Part shown: piece by piece, positions 12,920-26,487 of the stretch
Position numbering within the stretch: position 1 is the stretch's first letter
How the letters are laid out: every line of letters starts with the position of its first letter
Assembly: GCF_020745735.1 (NCBI RefSeq)
Contig: NC_083424.1
Coordinates: forward strand, 13,502,999-13,566,998
Source: Hemiscyllium ocellatum
Lineage: Eukaryota
Direction of reading: 5' to 3'
DNA: 64,000 nt
Notes under the pieces: model-generated
Seen by the model: the letters and a program-made list of their open reading frames with translations, nothing else
Told to the model about the DNA's origin: nothing
Databases searched by the model: none
Program-made: the position numbers and the translations under genes

Positions 12920-15900
12920 CTGAAACACGGAACGAGAATATCATCAGATTCCGTTACCCCTCCAAAACCCAGCTCCCCACCACCCCCCTCCCCCTTCCTT
13001 GGCAGATCAAGTGTGATCAGGGCGAGCACTTCATTATACCATCCTCCCAGCACCCAGCCCCCTCATCCCCTGTCAATGTTAGAAATGCAGGTCCCTTTAA
13101 CTGTCAACCAAAACAGACCTGGAGTAAATTGAGACAAAAAAAAACTGCAGATGCTGGAATCCGAGGTAGAAAGGCAGGAGATTGGAAGAACACAGCACAC
13201 CAGGCAGCATCAGGAGATGGAGAAGTCAATGTTTCAGGTTTCCTGAGGTGGGATTACACCTAAAACATTGTCTTATCCCCTCCTGAAGCCGCGTTCCTCC
13301 AGCCTCCTGATTAGATTAGATTCCCTACAGCGTGGAAGCAGGCCCTTCGGCCCAACCAGTCCACACTGACCCTCCGAACAGTAACCTACCCAGACCCATT
13401 TCCCTCTGACTAATGCACTTAACACTATGGGCAATTTAGCATGGCCAATTCACCTAATCTGCACATCTTTGGACAGTGGAAGGAAACCAGAGCACCCCCA
13501 GGAAACCCACACAGACACGGGGAGAATGCGCAAACTCCACACAGACTGTGCCCCGAGGGTGGAATTGAACCTGGGATCCTGGTGCTGTGAGGCAGCAGTA
13601 CCAGCCACTGAGCCACCGTGCCATCCACTTGCCTGCCAGAGTAGATTGAGAAAAAGTGACATTCTTTGGACTCTGCATCTAGGAGATGGGCCCTGATGAT
13701 GCACTGGTAGTGTCCCTACCTCTGAGCCAGGAGACCAGGGTTCATGCCCCCAGAGAAGTGAAGCAATACCTCTGAACAATTTGATTGGAAAATATTGGGG
13801 GAAAAAATAGACATGGGTTCTGAAATTTAACTGATAAGACTTTATGATTACTTTATGATGGTTCATTTTTAAAAGATGGGCTCTGCATTCTGGGTAGCTT
13901 GAGAGATGGAACATAGTGTACACCAACACCCTTGAAGTCTTTCGAGAGGGCAGGGGGCATTACAGGGGTGGAGTACATTATTTCCCCCTACAACTCCCAT
14001 TTTGATTGAAGCCCCTTACTCTCCTCCTCCCCTCCTGCATCTCTGTTATTGTTGCTCTGCCTGTCATTCGCAATGGTTGACATTCATTCATTTGGTTACT
14101 GACAGGGGCAATATTGAGATGGTTTATCTGAGAAAAAAGGGACTTTGGGGAGAGACTAGTGATCCAGACCACCCCACCCCCAAACTCCCCAGGCTAATAT
14201 CTGGGGTCATGTGTTCAAAGCCCACCGTAGCAGATGATGAAAATTTTAATTCAATATTAAGTCTGGAATTCAGCTCGTCAAATGGTGACCGTGAAAACAC
14301 AATCAATTGTTGCTAATTCCCTTTAGGGAAGGAAATCTGTCTTCCTTACCTGGTCTGACCTACATACGGATACAGCTCCAAATTAACTTAAGCCTGAAAT
14401 GGCCCTCGAAATCCCCTTGGATCAAGAGTCAATTAAAAATAAGCAATAAATGCTGGCCCAGATAATGGCCTGGATGGAATTTAAAGAAAAGGAGATGTGC
14501 TCTATAATTGGGTGATTTGATAGCAGGTTCTCTAAAATCATAATAAAGAAAGAGTTAATTCTGCCCCACTGACACCATTTTGATGGAGCTCCCTCCCCTC
14601 TTTTCCACACCATTTTGATTTGTTGGGCATTGTCGCACTGCCCCTAGTGAGCACTGCTTGTAATTTGCTTTCTCGATTCATTATTTGGGGGATTTGGGTG
14701 GCAGACTTTCCTTTGTAAAAATGAGCTGGGATCTTGGCGGTGGTGAGGAGTGGGGGAGTGGTCACTGCCTGCACCTCCCTCTCAGTTATATCTACGCCAG
14801 GTGCCCTTTGTATCGGAGGGGTACTTCCGAGGTTCTAAGACTGTTGGACACCAGGGGAGTGGGAACACGTCTTTTCCTCCTTTAGTGACTTGTTGAACTT
14901 TTCCTTCATTTCAATTGTTGAAGGTCCAGACTGCGCCATATTGTTTCCTATTTCAGGAAAGGTAAAAACTGGTGTTTGTGGATTTACAAAAAAAAACCCA
15001 GAAAATCTCTGCAAGTCTTTTGCTGCATCATGCAACATACGGTCTATTAAATACCCCCGATCTTAGAAAGTTATAGCTGGTAAATAGAACTGTCCAGCCT
15101 CAGGCAAGGCTTCACTGCTCAATCAGAAAGTTTCAGATGTAATTTCCAGTCTCCAATGATTGAGAGTAAGATCACATTGAAGGGTGTATCCCAGTCAGAG
15201 AGACCACTAACACTCATTGTTGTCAAGACAGATGTGGAACCTGGGTGAGGGAAGACAATCCCTAATAAGCCCTGACTGAAAATTGCACTTGAATCCCAAG
15301 GTATGACAACTGGTTTAATAAAAACACAGAGATTGTTGGAGAAACTCAGCAGGTCTGACAGGATCTGTGGAAAGAGGAACAGAGTTAATGTCTCGAGTTT
15401 GATATGACCCTAGTTCAGAACCGTAAGGGGCTGGAAAATGATGCCTGAGATGTAGCCTCAAATTAGATAATAATGGTAGGTGTGCACAGATGTAGACTTC
15501 AACAGTTTCCTCATTTCCCCTTCCCCCACCTCACCCTTGTTCCAAACTTCCAGTTCAGCACTGTCCCCGACTTGTACGGACTTGTGCGACCTGCCTAGCT
15601 CCTTTTCCACCTATCCACTCCACCCTCTCCTCCCTGACTTATCACCTTCATCCCCTCCCCCACTCAACTATTGTACTCTATGATACTTTCTCCCCACCCA
15701 CCCTCCTCTAGCTTATCTCTCCACGCTTCAGGCTCACTGTCTTTATTCCTGATGAAGAGCTTTTGCCTGAAACATCGATTGCGCTGCACTTTGGATGCTG
15801 CCTGAACTGCTGTGCTCTTCCAGCACCACTAATCCAGAACAGAGAAAAGTAAGTCGGCAATATTGACAGCAAACATCACGCAAGAAGACACTAGTGGGGG

Positions 15901-18900
15901 AGCAGGGGATGGGGGAGGGCTGTTGCTATAAAAACGGTGTCAAAATGTGTGGTGCTGGAAAAGCATAGCCAGTCAGGCAGCATCTGAGGAGCAAGAGAGT
16001 CGACGTTTCGAGCATAAGCTCAACATCAGAAATGTCTGATGAAGAACTTATGCCCAAAACGTCCACTCTCCTGCTCCTCGGATGCTGCCTGACCTGCTTT
16101 TCCAGCACCACACTCTTTGACTCTATCTCCAGCATCTGCCATCCTCACTTTCTCCAAGTTGGCTATAAAAATGGAGGTCGGTGTTCATACTCTAAAGTTC
16201 TTGAACCCAGTTCTGTGCCCTGAAGGCTGTATGATGTCAAAACAGAAAACAAGCTGTTGTCCCACTTGGGTGGCTTCACTAGAACACTGCAGCCAGCCCA
16301 CGGTAGAAATATGAACAAGATAACATGAAGAAATGGCAAGAGACCAGGAGACTTGGGACATTCTTACAGAAGAGAGGGGGCTTTCAACAACATCATCCAG
16401 TCTGCGTTTGTCTGTCCCATGTAGAGGAGACTGCACTGTGACAATTACTCCACTAGTTTATTTTAAATTTAATCATACCAAGAAACTCAGGCTCATGATC
16501 GTTGGCAACTAGAGCCACAAACCATCTTCACTCTGTTTGCAATATCTCTTCATGGGAAAGCCTCAGGGTGTAGTACACAAAGATAAGCTTGAAGATTAGA
16601 GTGGTGCTGCAAATGCACAGCAAGTCAGGCAGCATTTGAGGAGCAGGAAAGTTGACGTTTCCTGCTCTCCGGGTGCTGCCTGACCTGCTGAGCTTTTCCA
16701 GCACCACTCTAATTCTGACTCGGATCTCCAGCATCTGCAGTCCTCACTTTTGCCACAAAGATAAGCTGCCTATATTCTGCATGGTGGGTGCACTTATGGA
16801 ACGAATTGCTCATGGGGTTTGTGGTGGAGATACTCACGTGCCGCTGGGAACTCTCACACTGCCCACACGGTCACAGAAACCATACGCCCACAGGCTTGGG
16901 ATGTCATCCTCAGTGATCTCCATCTTATTTCCTTGGAATTCCGTTAGTTCAAACAGGCAGATTTTGTGCTCCTGGTTATCCTGAGAGCAATGAAAGAAAT
17001 TGCAAGCATTTTAGTTTTAATTTTGCAATGACCTTCCTTTCCCATTATGGATAGTTCGTTACACGTTGTGTTACAAAACAGTAATTTCACTTCTGAGGGT
17101 TGTTATATTATTAATCAGCGATAGAATGATCAAGGCCTAAAGTGTAGAACATGACCAATAAGCAGGGAGATTGAGATGGTCATTATGTTAACAGCAGTTT
17201 TAATGTTATCCCCTTGTATTTCTAGTTCATATTGAGAAGGATTTTAATGTTAACTAATACCTTATTTCTTTATTTTTCTACTTATTCTATGAAGGTAATG
17301 CTTAATTTTTTAAACTTTGCTTCGTTTATTCCTTTGCACCTAAGTATTTTATATCTAAGATGGCACCATGTGGTGACATTGTACACTTTTCACCGTACTC
17401 CTGTATTTGAGAACACATGACAATAAAATCTAAATCTAAATCGAGATTGTGTTACAAAGGGGAAGCTGGGAAGTGAGGAATGCCAAAATCTTCAATAATA
17501 TGAGACATTGCACTGACTCTTGATTTCAAAGGCAATGTGGAGGCAAAGTAAAGGGTTGCATTATTGTTGGAGCTGCATGTAACCAGGCAATATTCTATCA
17601 CACTCCTCACTTGTGCCTTGCAGATGGTGGACGGGCTTTAGAGAATCAGGCAAGTTGACTTAACTTGTCCCAGTGTTCCTAGCCTCTGACCTGCTCCTGT
17701 GGATAAAGGATTTATACAATGCTCCAATTCAGTTTCTAGTATATGGTAACCCCCTGAATGTTGATAGTGGGGGGCTTCAGATGGTAATTAAATTGAAAGT
17801 GATGGAACGTCGTGGAGAGTTAACAAAAGCGAAATGCTGCTGATGTTGGAAATCTGAAGCAAGCACAATGAGTGCTGGAGAGACTCAGCAGACTTGGCAG
17901 CATACACGTGGAGAGAGAAACAGTTAGCATTTCACATCTGGTACGAATCCTCTTGGCTTCCAAAAAGGAGTGATCCCGGACTCGAAACGTGTTTTTCTCT
18001 CTCCAAAGATGCTGCCAGACCTGCTGAGCTTCTCCCTGTGCTTGATGGAGAGTGAATAAGAGGTGATGAAGTGAAAATGTATTTTACGTTTGATTGATGG
18101 GGTTGCTCTGGTATAACTTAAGTCACCAATTATTTAACAGCTCCTCTGAGGAAGTTACCATGCAGATTGGTCGGAAGGACATGAAGCGATCACTCCTGTA
18201 GCTGTTGGACCAGGAATCCCAGCGTGGATACTCTCCTTTCTCCAAGATGAACATCTCTCCACGGAAATTAGATTGTTCAAAGGCAACCCAGCTACAGGGA
18301 CAGAACACAATTAACGTCAGCTCAAAGAGGGAAGGCTGGTATCTCTGAGAAGCAGCAGTTTGTTTATTGATAATATCTCTTGAAGTCCTTTCCTAGCTGG
18401 CTTGTATCAAAGTAATAGATGATGATAGCAGAGACACAACGGGCTGGAGTTACCGCTGTGGTCTTCTGGAGTCCCTTCATTGGGGAGCTCTGCACCATTA
18501 GGGGTGCAATCCTCACTGTGATTTTGTCCCAGGGCTGCCAATTCATGGTCAGAAGTCTGACATCCATTCAAGTAAGGAGAGCAGATGGGATTTTGAAAAT
18601 GCACAGTGAGTCATAAGAGGGTAAGTGAGGGGACAGGGGGCTTCAAGGTAGGAGGAGCCATCCCTCAAGATTTTAAAAGTTTTTTTTTAGAATGGCTCTT
18701 CCAAACAGGCTACCAACTGAGCTGGGGTATGATTGTTGGGGTGTGTGTGTGTGTGTGTGCGTTTAGGCCAATGTTTGTTTTGGGGCAAGGTTCAGAGTTC
18801 TCCAAAGAGCAGCCCCAACTCCTGTCAACCACAAGTTGATAAGGAGCGATGCAGGGCTTTCCACCTGCTCTGCCACCTAGAGGCCATCTCCGGTTAAGCT

Positions 18901-21900
18901 GCTGGCCTGCAGGATTGGATCATTGGCCTGGGATCCTGTGGATGGTTTAATGGATGATCCATTGTGTTCAGGTCAGGTAGGTCTGTGACGCCTCCCCCCC
19001 TCCTCGCCCCCTCCAATCCTGGCTCTAGAAAGTTGTCCCTGTTCAGGATGGAGCCAAAGAGTTGCCCATGCACAGGCTGTTGATGTTACATCTTCAACCC
19101 CACCCCCAGCTTCAATCAATCGGCTACATTTTCCCATGTTTCCCATACTGTACTGGTGAGGATACACAGAATCAAAGAGATTGGAAGCAAGCCAGCCCCA
19201 TTGAGTCTTAGGTGGCTCCTTTGAAATTGCAACCCAGTTAGGCCCAGCCAGCTCTCTCTGAGTAAAAAGTGAGGTCTGCAGATGCTGGAGATCAGAGTTG
19301 AAAATGTGTTGCTGGTTAAAGCACAGCAGGTTAGGCAGCATCCAAGGAACAGGAAATTCAACGTTTCGGGCCAGAGCCCTTCATCAGGAATTTCCAGCCA
19401 GCTCTCTTCCCCATCTCCCTGCATGCCCCAGGAGACACAGACTGCAATCTTGAGGGAACAAATAGGTGACGACCCCAAGTCTCTGTGAATTACACATCAC
19501 CAAGACATTAAGAGGTTTCTATCAGCGAAGTATCTGGTTTCTACTGACACCCGGCATCGACCAGGATTAAGGGATTGAATGTCAATCCACACTGCGGAAC
19601 TGTATATTGAAGCTGCAAAGTGAAATTCCATTGCACTCAATTAAGTTATGAGGAGAGATGAGAGCAGCCTGTTTTGTCTAGAATCTGGAAGGTTAAGGGG
19701 TGATCTGAGCAAAATCTTCAAGATGTTAACTGGAAAAGACAGTGTAAATAAAGGTAAACTATTCCCACTGGTTGGGAATTGGAGAACTAAGGAGCTGAGT
19801 CTGAGAATTAGGGCCAGACTGTTCAGGAGAGATGTTAGAAAGCACTTCTACACACATGGGAGAGGTTTGGAACTCTCTTCCACAAATGACAGTGGATGCT
19901 GGATTAATTTTAAATCTGAGATTGATAATTATTTGTTAAGTAAAGGAATTAAGGGAAATAGGGCACAGGCAGGTGTATGGAGTTAGGCCGCAGATCAGTC
20001 ACAATCTCATTTAGTGGTGGAACAGGCTTGAGGGGCTGAATAGCCTTCTCCTGTCCCTATTTCATGCTTTCGCTGACCTGGATTTTAATAAGAGTCCAGT
20101 GGTATCCTGGGCCTGTCAGTAGGAGTTGGCTCAAACACCTCTCAAGGACACACAATCTGGTCATGAGTGGACTCCTGTCTACTTCGCTCACTGCCCTAAC
20201 AGCATTTGAGTTCAGTTGAGGGTAACTCACGGTCCACACTCCACACGGACACTGCCAACTCGATCGAAGTTGCGATCGCACAGGTTCATGCACTCAGTGG
20301 AAAATTCCATGAACCTGCCCTGGAAATTCTCCTGCTCATAGATGTAGATCTGCAGCAAAGGAAGAAAAGCAGTCAGATGGCAAGAACCAAATTAATCCAT
20401 ATTTCTCAGACCGACCTTGATCTTTTCATTAGTGTTTCTTGAGGCCTCTGTCTTTTCAAATAGCCTGTGGGAGGTTATTGGGATGAAGCTACTGGCAAAG
20501 GACTTTTCTTTTATTTCATAGAATCCCTACAGTGTGGAAACAGGCCATTCAGCCCAACATGTCCACACTAACCCTCCAAAGAGTATCCCACCCAGACCCA
20601 TTCCCCTACCCGATTATTTTATATTACACCTGGGCAATTTAGCACAGCCAATCCACCTAACCTGCACATCTTGGGACTGTGGGAGCACCCAGTGGAAACC
20701 CACACAGACACAGGGAGAATGTGCAAACTCTACGCAGACAGTCACCTGAGGGTGGAATCGAACCCGGCTCCCTGGTGCTGTGAGGCAGCAGTACTAACCA
20801 CTGAGCCACTGTACCCCCTATGATACATATAGTTGTCCAGTACTAACATGGGTATCTCACATACAGCAATGTGCTGGAGAATGACCATCTAATTTTGTTA
20901 ATAACAGAGTGTTTTGCTATAAACGATGCTGCATGTGAGCTGAGGAATCAATGCTTGCTGCTGACACAGGGTAGGTGGTGGTGGGGGGACAGATTTTCAT
21001 GTGAAGATAAAGACAGTTCTGAAATCAGAGCATTTGGGCTGGTCTGTCAGTCTTCCTTCATTTCCACGGTTCATGGGAATTGTTAAAGAGAGGGCAGGGG
21101 TGAGCCGAGAGCCCACGCGTCTCCAAATGACCTTCTATTAAGCTCGTTGGAGAGCTTGTTAACAGGCCAGAGAAGAACAGAATCAAATGTTCAATGTTCA
21201 CAACAGGAAGAGGGCATGTGAGTGTGGAACTGTCAGCACAACACAGTCATTATTCATTATAGTGGCTGCAGTAATCATCCAGGGGAAAAAACAGAGAAAA
21301 GGTTTATAGCACAGAAAGTAGCCCTTCAGCCCATCAAGTTTGTACTCAAAAACAAGCAGCCAACCATTCTAATCGAATAGTCAAATGGCAGTGCTGGTGG
21401 AATGGCACAAGTGGCCATCACTTGAGCAGAATGGCTTGATAGTTCAAGCAGGAAGCTCTCAGATATTTGTAGAAATGTATCCAATAGGAACCAGGAGTAG
21501 GCCATTCGGCCCACTGAGCCAGATCTGCCTTTCAACTCGATGGAGTGGCTGATGTCATGTGGATTTCTAGCAGAGCCGACGCTGCCAAACCTCTCCTTTC
21601 CTGCCTGCCACCATTGCCCCCTGGCTTGCTGTGTTCTTCTGGCCTCCTACTTGTCTACCTTGGATTCCAGCATCTGCAGTTTTTTTGTCTCTAACCTGGG
21701 CAAGGGCTGGCTAAAACATGGCTGCCTTTTGCTTTTGGAGAATCACCCTCCATCATGAGGGCTATATTGGGCACCAAACTCAACCCTGGGCCAATTTAGG
21801 AGAGGTGGATGCCTAATGGTAATGCTATTGGACTTGCAATCCAAAGGCCCCAGGCTAACCTTCTGGGGGCACGGGTTTGAATCCCACCAGGGCAAAAGTT

Positions 21901-24900
21901 TCAAATTCAATATGAAAATCTGGAATAAAAAAAAGCCTAATGGCAGCCTCAGACAAAAATGGAAGTTACTGGAAAAGCTCAACAGGTCTGGCAGCATCTG
22001 TGAAGAGAAATCAGAATTAATGTTTCAGGTCCTGTGACCCTTTCTCGACTGCCATAAGGAAAAAACTCATCTGGTTCCATAATGTCTTTTAGGGAAGGAG
22101 ATCTGCCTTCTTTACCTGGTCTGGCCTACATGTGACTCCAGACCCACAGCAATGTGACTGACTCTGAATTGCCCTCCAAAATGGCCCTTCCAAGCCACTT
22201 ACATCAAGGGACAATTAGAAAGAAAACTTTGATTATCCGAAGGCCACGAGCGAGGAATATTTTGTCTGGATAATCGAATGCCGGATAATATAGTTTAGCC
22301 AAACATCGGGACCTTTGTGATCTCGTTTGGAAAATCCGAAATTCAGTTAATCGAATGCTGGATAATCGAGGTTTCTCTGTAAATGCTAGAGTCCACCGGA
22401 AGATTGAAGAGAAACTTAGGGCCTCTCCTTTTAAAAATTTCATGATGTCACAGTGATACTGGCCTGCTGGGGGTTCGAGACCTGGATGGGGTCGATTCAG
22501 GTGTAAGCCACAGTGTGAACATCTAATACCAGCTGCATCAAGTGAGAAAATGTTTTATTTTACAGAGCCAATGTCCCCCACTTCAATGAGCACAGCATTC
22601 AGCTAAGGTCTCTGCCAGCCTGGAAACCAACTGGGATTTCTTTAACACAAACAAGATCAGGGGATCCATCTGGGAAACACCATAAAAGGCTAAAGGTAAT
22701 TCATAGTCATAGAATCATACAACATGGAAACAGACCCTTCGGTCCAACCAGCCATGCTCCCAAATTAAACTAGCCCCACCTTCCTGTGTTTCGCCCACAT
22801 CCCTCCAAACCTTCCCTATTCATGCATGTACCCAAAATGTCTTTTAAATGTTGTAATGTACCCATATCCACCACTTCTTCGGCCAGTTCATTTCACACAC
22901 TAACCACTCTCTTTATAAAAGAGTTGCCCTCAAAACCTTTTTAAATCTTTTTCTTCTCACTTTAAAAATATGTCCCTTAGTTTTGAACTCACCTCTCTCC
23001 CACCCACCACCCCCCCCCCGCCCTATAAGGAAAAGACCTTTGCTATTCACCTTTTCTATGTAGGTGACACGGTGGCTCAATGGTTAGCACTGCTGCTTCA
23101 CAATGCCAGGGACCCAGGTTTGATTCGTCTTGGGTGACCCTCTGTGTGGAGTTTACACACTCTCCCCTGTCTGTGTGGATTTCATCCAGGTGCTCTGCTT
23201 TCCTCCCACAGTCCAAAGATGTGCAGGTTAGGTGGATTGGCCATGGGAAATTGCCTCATAGTGACCAGTAATGTGTTGGCTAGGTGGGTTTGCCATGGGA
23301 AATGCAGGGTTGCAGGGATTGGTCTTTGGAGGGTCGGTGTGGACTCAAGTGGCCTGCTTCCACAATGTAGGGATTTTATGCCTGTCATGAATTTATATAT
23401 CTCTATAAGGTCACCCCTCAACCTCCTACACTCCAATGAGAAAAGTCCCAGTCTCTCCTAACTCAAACCCTCCATCCTCAGCAACATCCTGGTAAATCTT
23501 TTCTGAGGCCTCTCTAGCTGAATAATACCCTTCCTATAATAGGGCGACCAGAATGGCACACAGTGTCCAGAAGAGGCCTCACTAATGTGTTGTACAACCT
23601 CAACATGACACCCCAACTCCTACACTCAGAAATCTGAGCAATGAAGAGCAAGAATGCTAAATGTCTTCTTAACCACCCTGGCTATATGTGACACAAATTT
23701 CAAAGGAATATGCACCTGCACTCTACCTCTGTTATTCTTGAACATAACTCAGATGGCTACCATTAAATCCTACCAAAATGTAATATGTTATATTTATCCA
23801 AATTAAGCTCCATCGGTCATTCCTCAGCCCACTGACCAAATTTGATCCAGCACGAATCCCTGTGGAGCGCCACTGGTCACAGGCCTCCAATCTGAAAAAC
23901 AACCCTGCATGACCACCCTGTGTCTTCCACCATCAAGCCAATTTTATATCCAATTGGCAAGCTCACCCTGAATCCCATGTAATCTAACCTTACTAATTAT
24001 TGTCTTTACATTTAGAATAACCTCCATTGTGTTGAATGGCACTACTATGGTGCCAAACCTCAAATATATCAAGCAACTCTAGACTGGGGATCCAGTGGGC
24101 CATTAACAGCAGCAGAATTGTACTCCAGCACAATCTGTAACCTCATGGCCCGGCATATCCTCCACTCAACCATTACCATCAAGGCAGGGGATCAACCCTG
24201 GTTCAATGGAGAGTGTAGGAGGGCATGCCAAGAGCAGCCCTACCTTGCTCCCAGATTTCCAACAAGGTGACTGTAAGAAATGGGGAGAACAACTTGGCAT
24301 TTTAGGGCCATTTGATGAAGTTTATAAACACTAACAAAAGAGGATACACAATATTCCACATCATATTGTTTTGTTTGCAAGAATTTCACTGACTAGCACA
24401 CCGACAAAGGATCAGCGCTCTGAAAGCTGGTGTATAAGCCCGTTGGACTCTAACCTGGTGTTGTGTGATTTTTAACTTTGTCCACTCCAGTCCAACACCA
24501 GCTCCTCCACATCAAGGATATTCTAATGAATTGTAATGTTATAAGGTAGAGAGCATCGTTCAAAGCCAGGTCACACTTCCAAGCTTCACTGTACAATGAA
24601 GCTGCAATGTAGACAATTTGTTACTGTTAGGGATTTCTTTGTATAATTGTATCTGTGTGAAGCATCATAGAATCCCCACAGTGTGGAAGCAGGCCATTTG
24701 CCCATTGAGTCCACAACAACCTTCTGAAGAGCATCCCACCCATACCCACCCCTGCCCCCTACCCTATCCCTGTATCCCTGAATTTCCCATGGCTAATCCA
24801 CCTAACCTACACATCCCTGGACACTAACCTGCACAGCATTGGACTATGGGAAGAAATTGGAGCACCCAGAGGAAACCCACACACTCACAGGGAGGCTGTG

Positions 24901-25781
24901 CAAACTCCACACAGACAGTCATCCAAGGGTGGAATTGAACCCGGGTTCCTAACGCAGTAAGGCAGCAGTGCTAATCATTGAGCCACAGCGCTCAGTATGC
25001 TTCTCATCTGTGCTTTTCCCTCTTTCCAGAAGGATATCAGGCCAGAATCCAAAGTGATGCTCACAGCTGAGGCATTCCAAACATGCTCAGCCCCAATAAT
25101 GACAAAGCTAATGTTTCACATTTCCAACCTCAGTCTATTAGCACCCATGATGAGGAAGGTTCCTTTATGGTTAACACCAGCCTCAACAACTCAGAAGTTC
25201 CAAGGAAAGGGAACCGAAGAGGAACTAATGAGGAAATTTGGCAGGTTTTTCTGTAGAAAACTTTGGATAACTTGAATGTGTTTTAATTGAACATTTTTAA
25301 AGAGTTTCTGACTGTCGGTTGTTAAACACTGAAGAATGTGAGAAAGGATGTAAATACCAGGAGGCATGGCTAAAATGGTAACGCTAACTGGACTGTAAAA
25401 AGAGATTTATGCAGACTTTCATTTAGCTGTAGGGTAATGCACTGGTGAAGCACATTAATACTGAAATCAATTTAAATTATTCAGTAGATAATTATATCTA
25501 TGAATGGTGACCAAATGTAATTCAGGGAGATGGTAACAAGAAATTAAATTGGATTAAAGAGGAATAAATGTTGTTGAGCCCAGTGAGGTCATCTTTCTTT
25601 CAGTTCCTAAAGGCTATTGTATTTGATCAGGTTGGGGAGTTAAGCCACTAAATGCTGCACTTACCTTGAAGTTGCCCGCTGCAGGTTCCCTGGTCTTCAA
25701 GCTCTTGGAACCCGGAGCAGGAGCTGTACCAGTGGGTGGAGTGCCCTTTTCCTGAGTGGTGCTTTTCGTAGTCTGAGACAT
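12745..25781 (-). CDS. CRYBB1: Beta-crystallin B1, spliced CDS join(25781..25665, 20349..20231, 18291..18159, 16980..16838, 12919..12745), 228 aa
   Basis: Five GT-AG exons with phases 0/2/0/2 join in frame: [39 protein letters not shown] / [40 protein letters not shown] / [44 protein letters not shown] / [48 protein letters not shown] / [57 protein letters not shown]. One Greek-key motif per exon, with N- and C-terminal arms typical of betaB1, and head-to-head with betaA4 as in other vertebrates. Confidence 0.95.
13310..13625 (-). mobile_element. HE1-like SINE
   Basis: Reverse complement of the same family. Further copies at about 20520-20815(-), 23062-23380(+), 24665-24990(-), 33766-34068(-), 41560-42048(+), 54858-55100(-), 56345-56645(+), 59660-59982(-) and 63760-64000(+). 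Confidence 0.8.
16838..16980 (-). CDS. CRYBB1: CRYBB1 exon 5 (Greek key 3)
   Basis: ctctcag|GATAAC...GGCAC|gtgagt, 143 bp. Confidence 0.95.
18159..18291 (-). CDS. CRYBB1: CRYBB1 exon 4 (Greek key 2)
   Basis: tccctgtag|CTGGGTT...TGCATG|gtaac, 133 bp; lies within ORF 18123..18308. Confidence 0.95.
19258..19393 (-). mobile_element. Penelope-like terminus (family B) in CRYBB1 intron 3
   Basis: 14-bp TSD ccagccagctctct (19244-19257 / 19394-19407). Same family at about 9329-9462, 11560-11734, 15940-16156, 16590-16753, 31240-31378, 37010-37440, 39031-39125, 41804-41932, 50831-50946, 52038-52262 and 55505-56000. Confidence 0.8.
19352..19395 (-). ncRNA. Minimal type-I hammerhead ribozyme motif
   Basis: GGAAAUUC-CUGAUGA-A-GGGC UCUG GCCC-GAAAC-GUU-GAAUUUCC: 8-bp stem I, 4-bp stem II, palindromic ACGU stem III. 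Confidence 0.7.
19640..20056 (+). mobile_element. CR1-type LINE 3' fragment
   Basis: ORF 19648..19986: [17 protein letters not shown]...LFPLVG...[10 protein letters not shown]. Confidence 0.8.
20231..20349 (-). CDS. CRYBB1: CRYBB1 exon 3 (Greek key 1)
   Basis: ttcctttgctgcag|ATCTAC...GGACC|gtgagt, 119 bp. Confidence 0.95.
21805..22400 (+). mobile_element. Second, older SINE family with nested inserts
   Basis: gggtttgaatcccacc B-box-like head and core tttagggaagga..ctgcc..tacctggtctggcctacatgtgactcc. Related copies at about 14130-14470(+), 40670-41010(-) and 60790-61200(+). Confidence 0.65.
22216..22381. mobile_element. Tigger/pogo-like MITE
   Basis: Right TIR ggataatcgaggtttctctg followed by TA; degenerate left TIR gaaaactttgattatcc; internal ggataatcga repeats. 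Confidence 0.6.
22700..24000 (-). mobile_element. CR1-type LINE (HER1-like) 3' fragment with nested SINE
   Basis: [12 protein letters not shown] motif, catagaatcata tail, SINE at about 23062-23380. Confidence 0.8.
25665..25781 (-). CDS. CRYBB1: CRYBB1 exon 2 coding part (N-terminal arm, 39 aa)
   Basis: ATG at 25781; ends AAG|gtaag (phase 0). The acceptor is uncertain; best candidate is ttttaattcag, with the exon starting near 25867. Confidence 0.9.
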
Positions 25782-26487
25782 TCTGACTGGTCAGGTCCGA
25801 TATGGAGTTGATAATAAGAGTGGGAACCGATGCCCGTTCCAAATCCCAACACAGCAAAAGGCACAAGCTGAATTAAAATAACGAGTAAATACTCTCACAT
25901 CTGAAACAGGTGACACATCAATTCACAGAATAAATTACTTCAAACTGAACTAAGTGAATTTGGAAACTCCATTCCTAATCAGCAAAATAGCTGTCCAATT
26001 TATCATCAGATGAACATATTCCATTTTGTATTTATCAGCAACATTCTGCTCAAACTATGTGTAATTAAACACATCTCACACTTTTCCTGTTTTCTATGTT
26101 CGCGCCTTCTCATCTCTCTGTCCTGCAATCAACATTTCACAACATGTTCACTCACAATACATCACATCTGAATATGCAAAAATGTAACTGTGTTTTGTAT
26201 CTCTCCCAAGCCTTTGCTCCACTAAATCCAAAGTGAATGTAATCAAAACCTATGCAATTCATCTCATCTTCCTCAGCCTTGAATTGTCTTGAAGAATTTG
26301 TTCATCACTAGACTTCTCAAAATTAAACACCATTAATCCAACTTTTTTTTAAATATCTGGTCTACGTTTCTCCTAATTGACCTATCCCTTCAGCTTTCCT
26401 CCATCAATGATGCTCCTTCTGCTCTGCCTTTCCTCCTACATTCTTTATCTCTGATCCTCCCTTTCTCGCTTTCTGTCTCTCTCTTAC

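Noticed and set aside
12676-13263. 195-aa plus-strand ORF
   Set aside because: Antisense shadow of CRYBB1 exon 6 plus the minisatellite and a repeat; no coherent domain.
18123-18308. Alternative call as CRYBB3 or CRYBB2
   Set aside because: The MSQT... Pro/Ala arm, the [24 protein letters not shown] motif and the head-to-head position with betaA4 fit CRYBB1.
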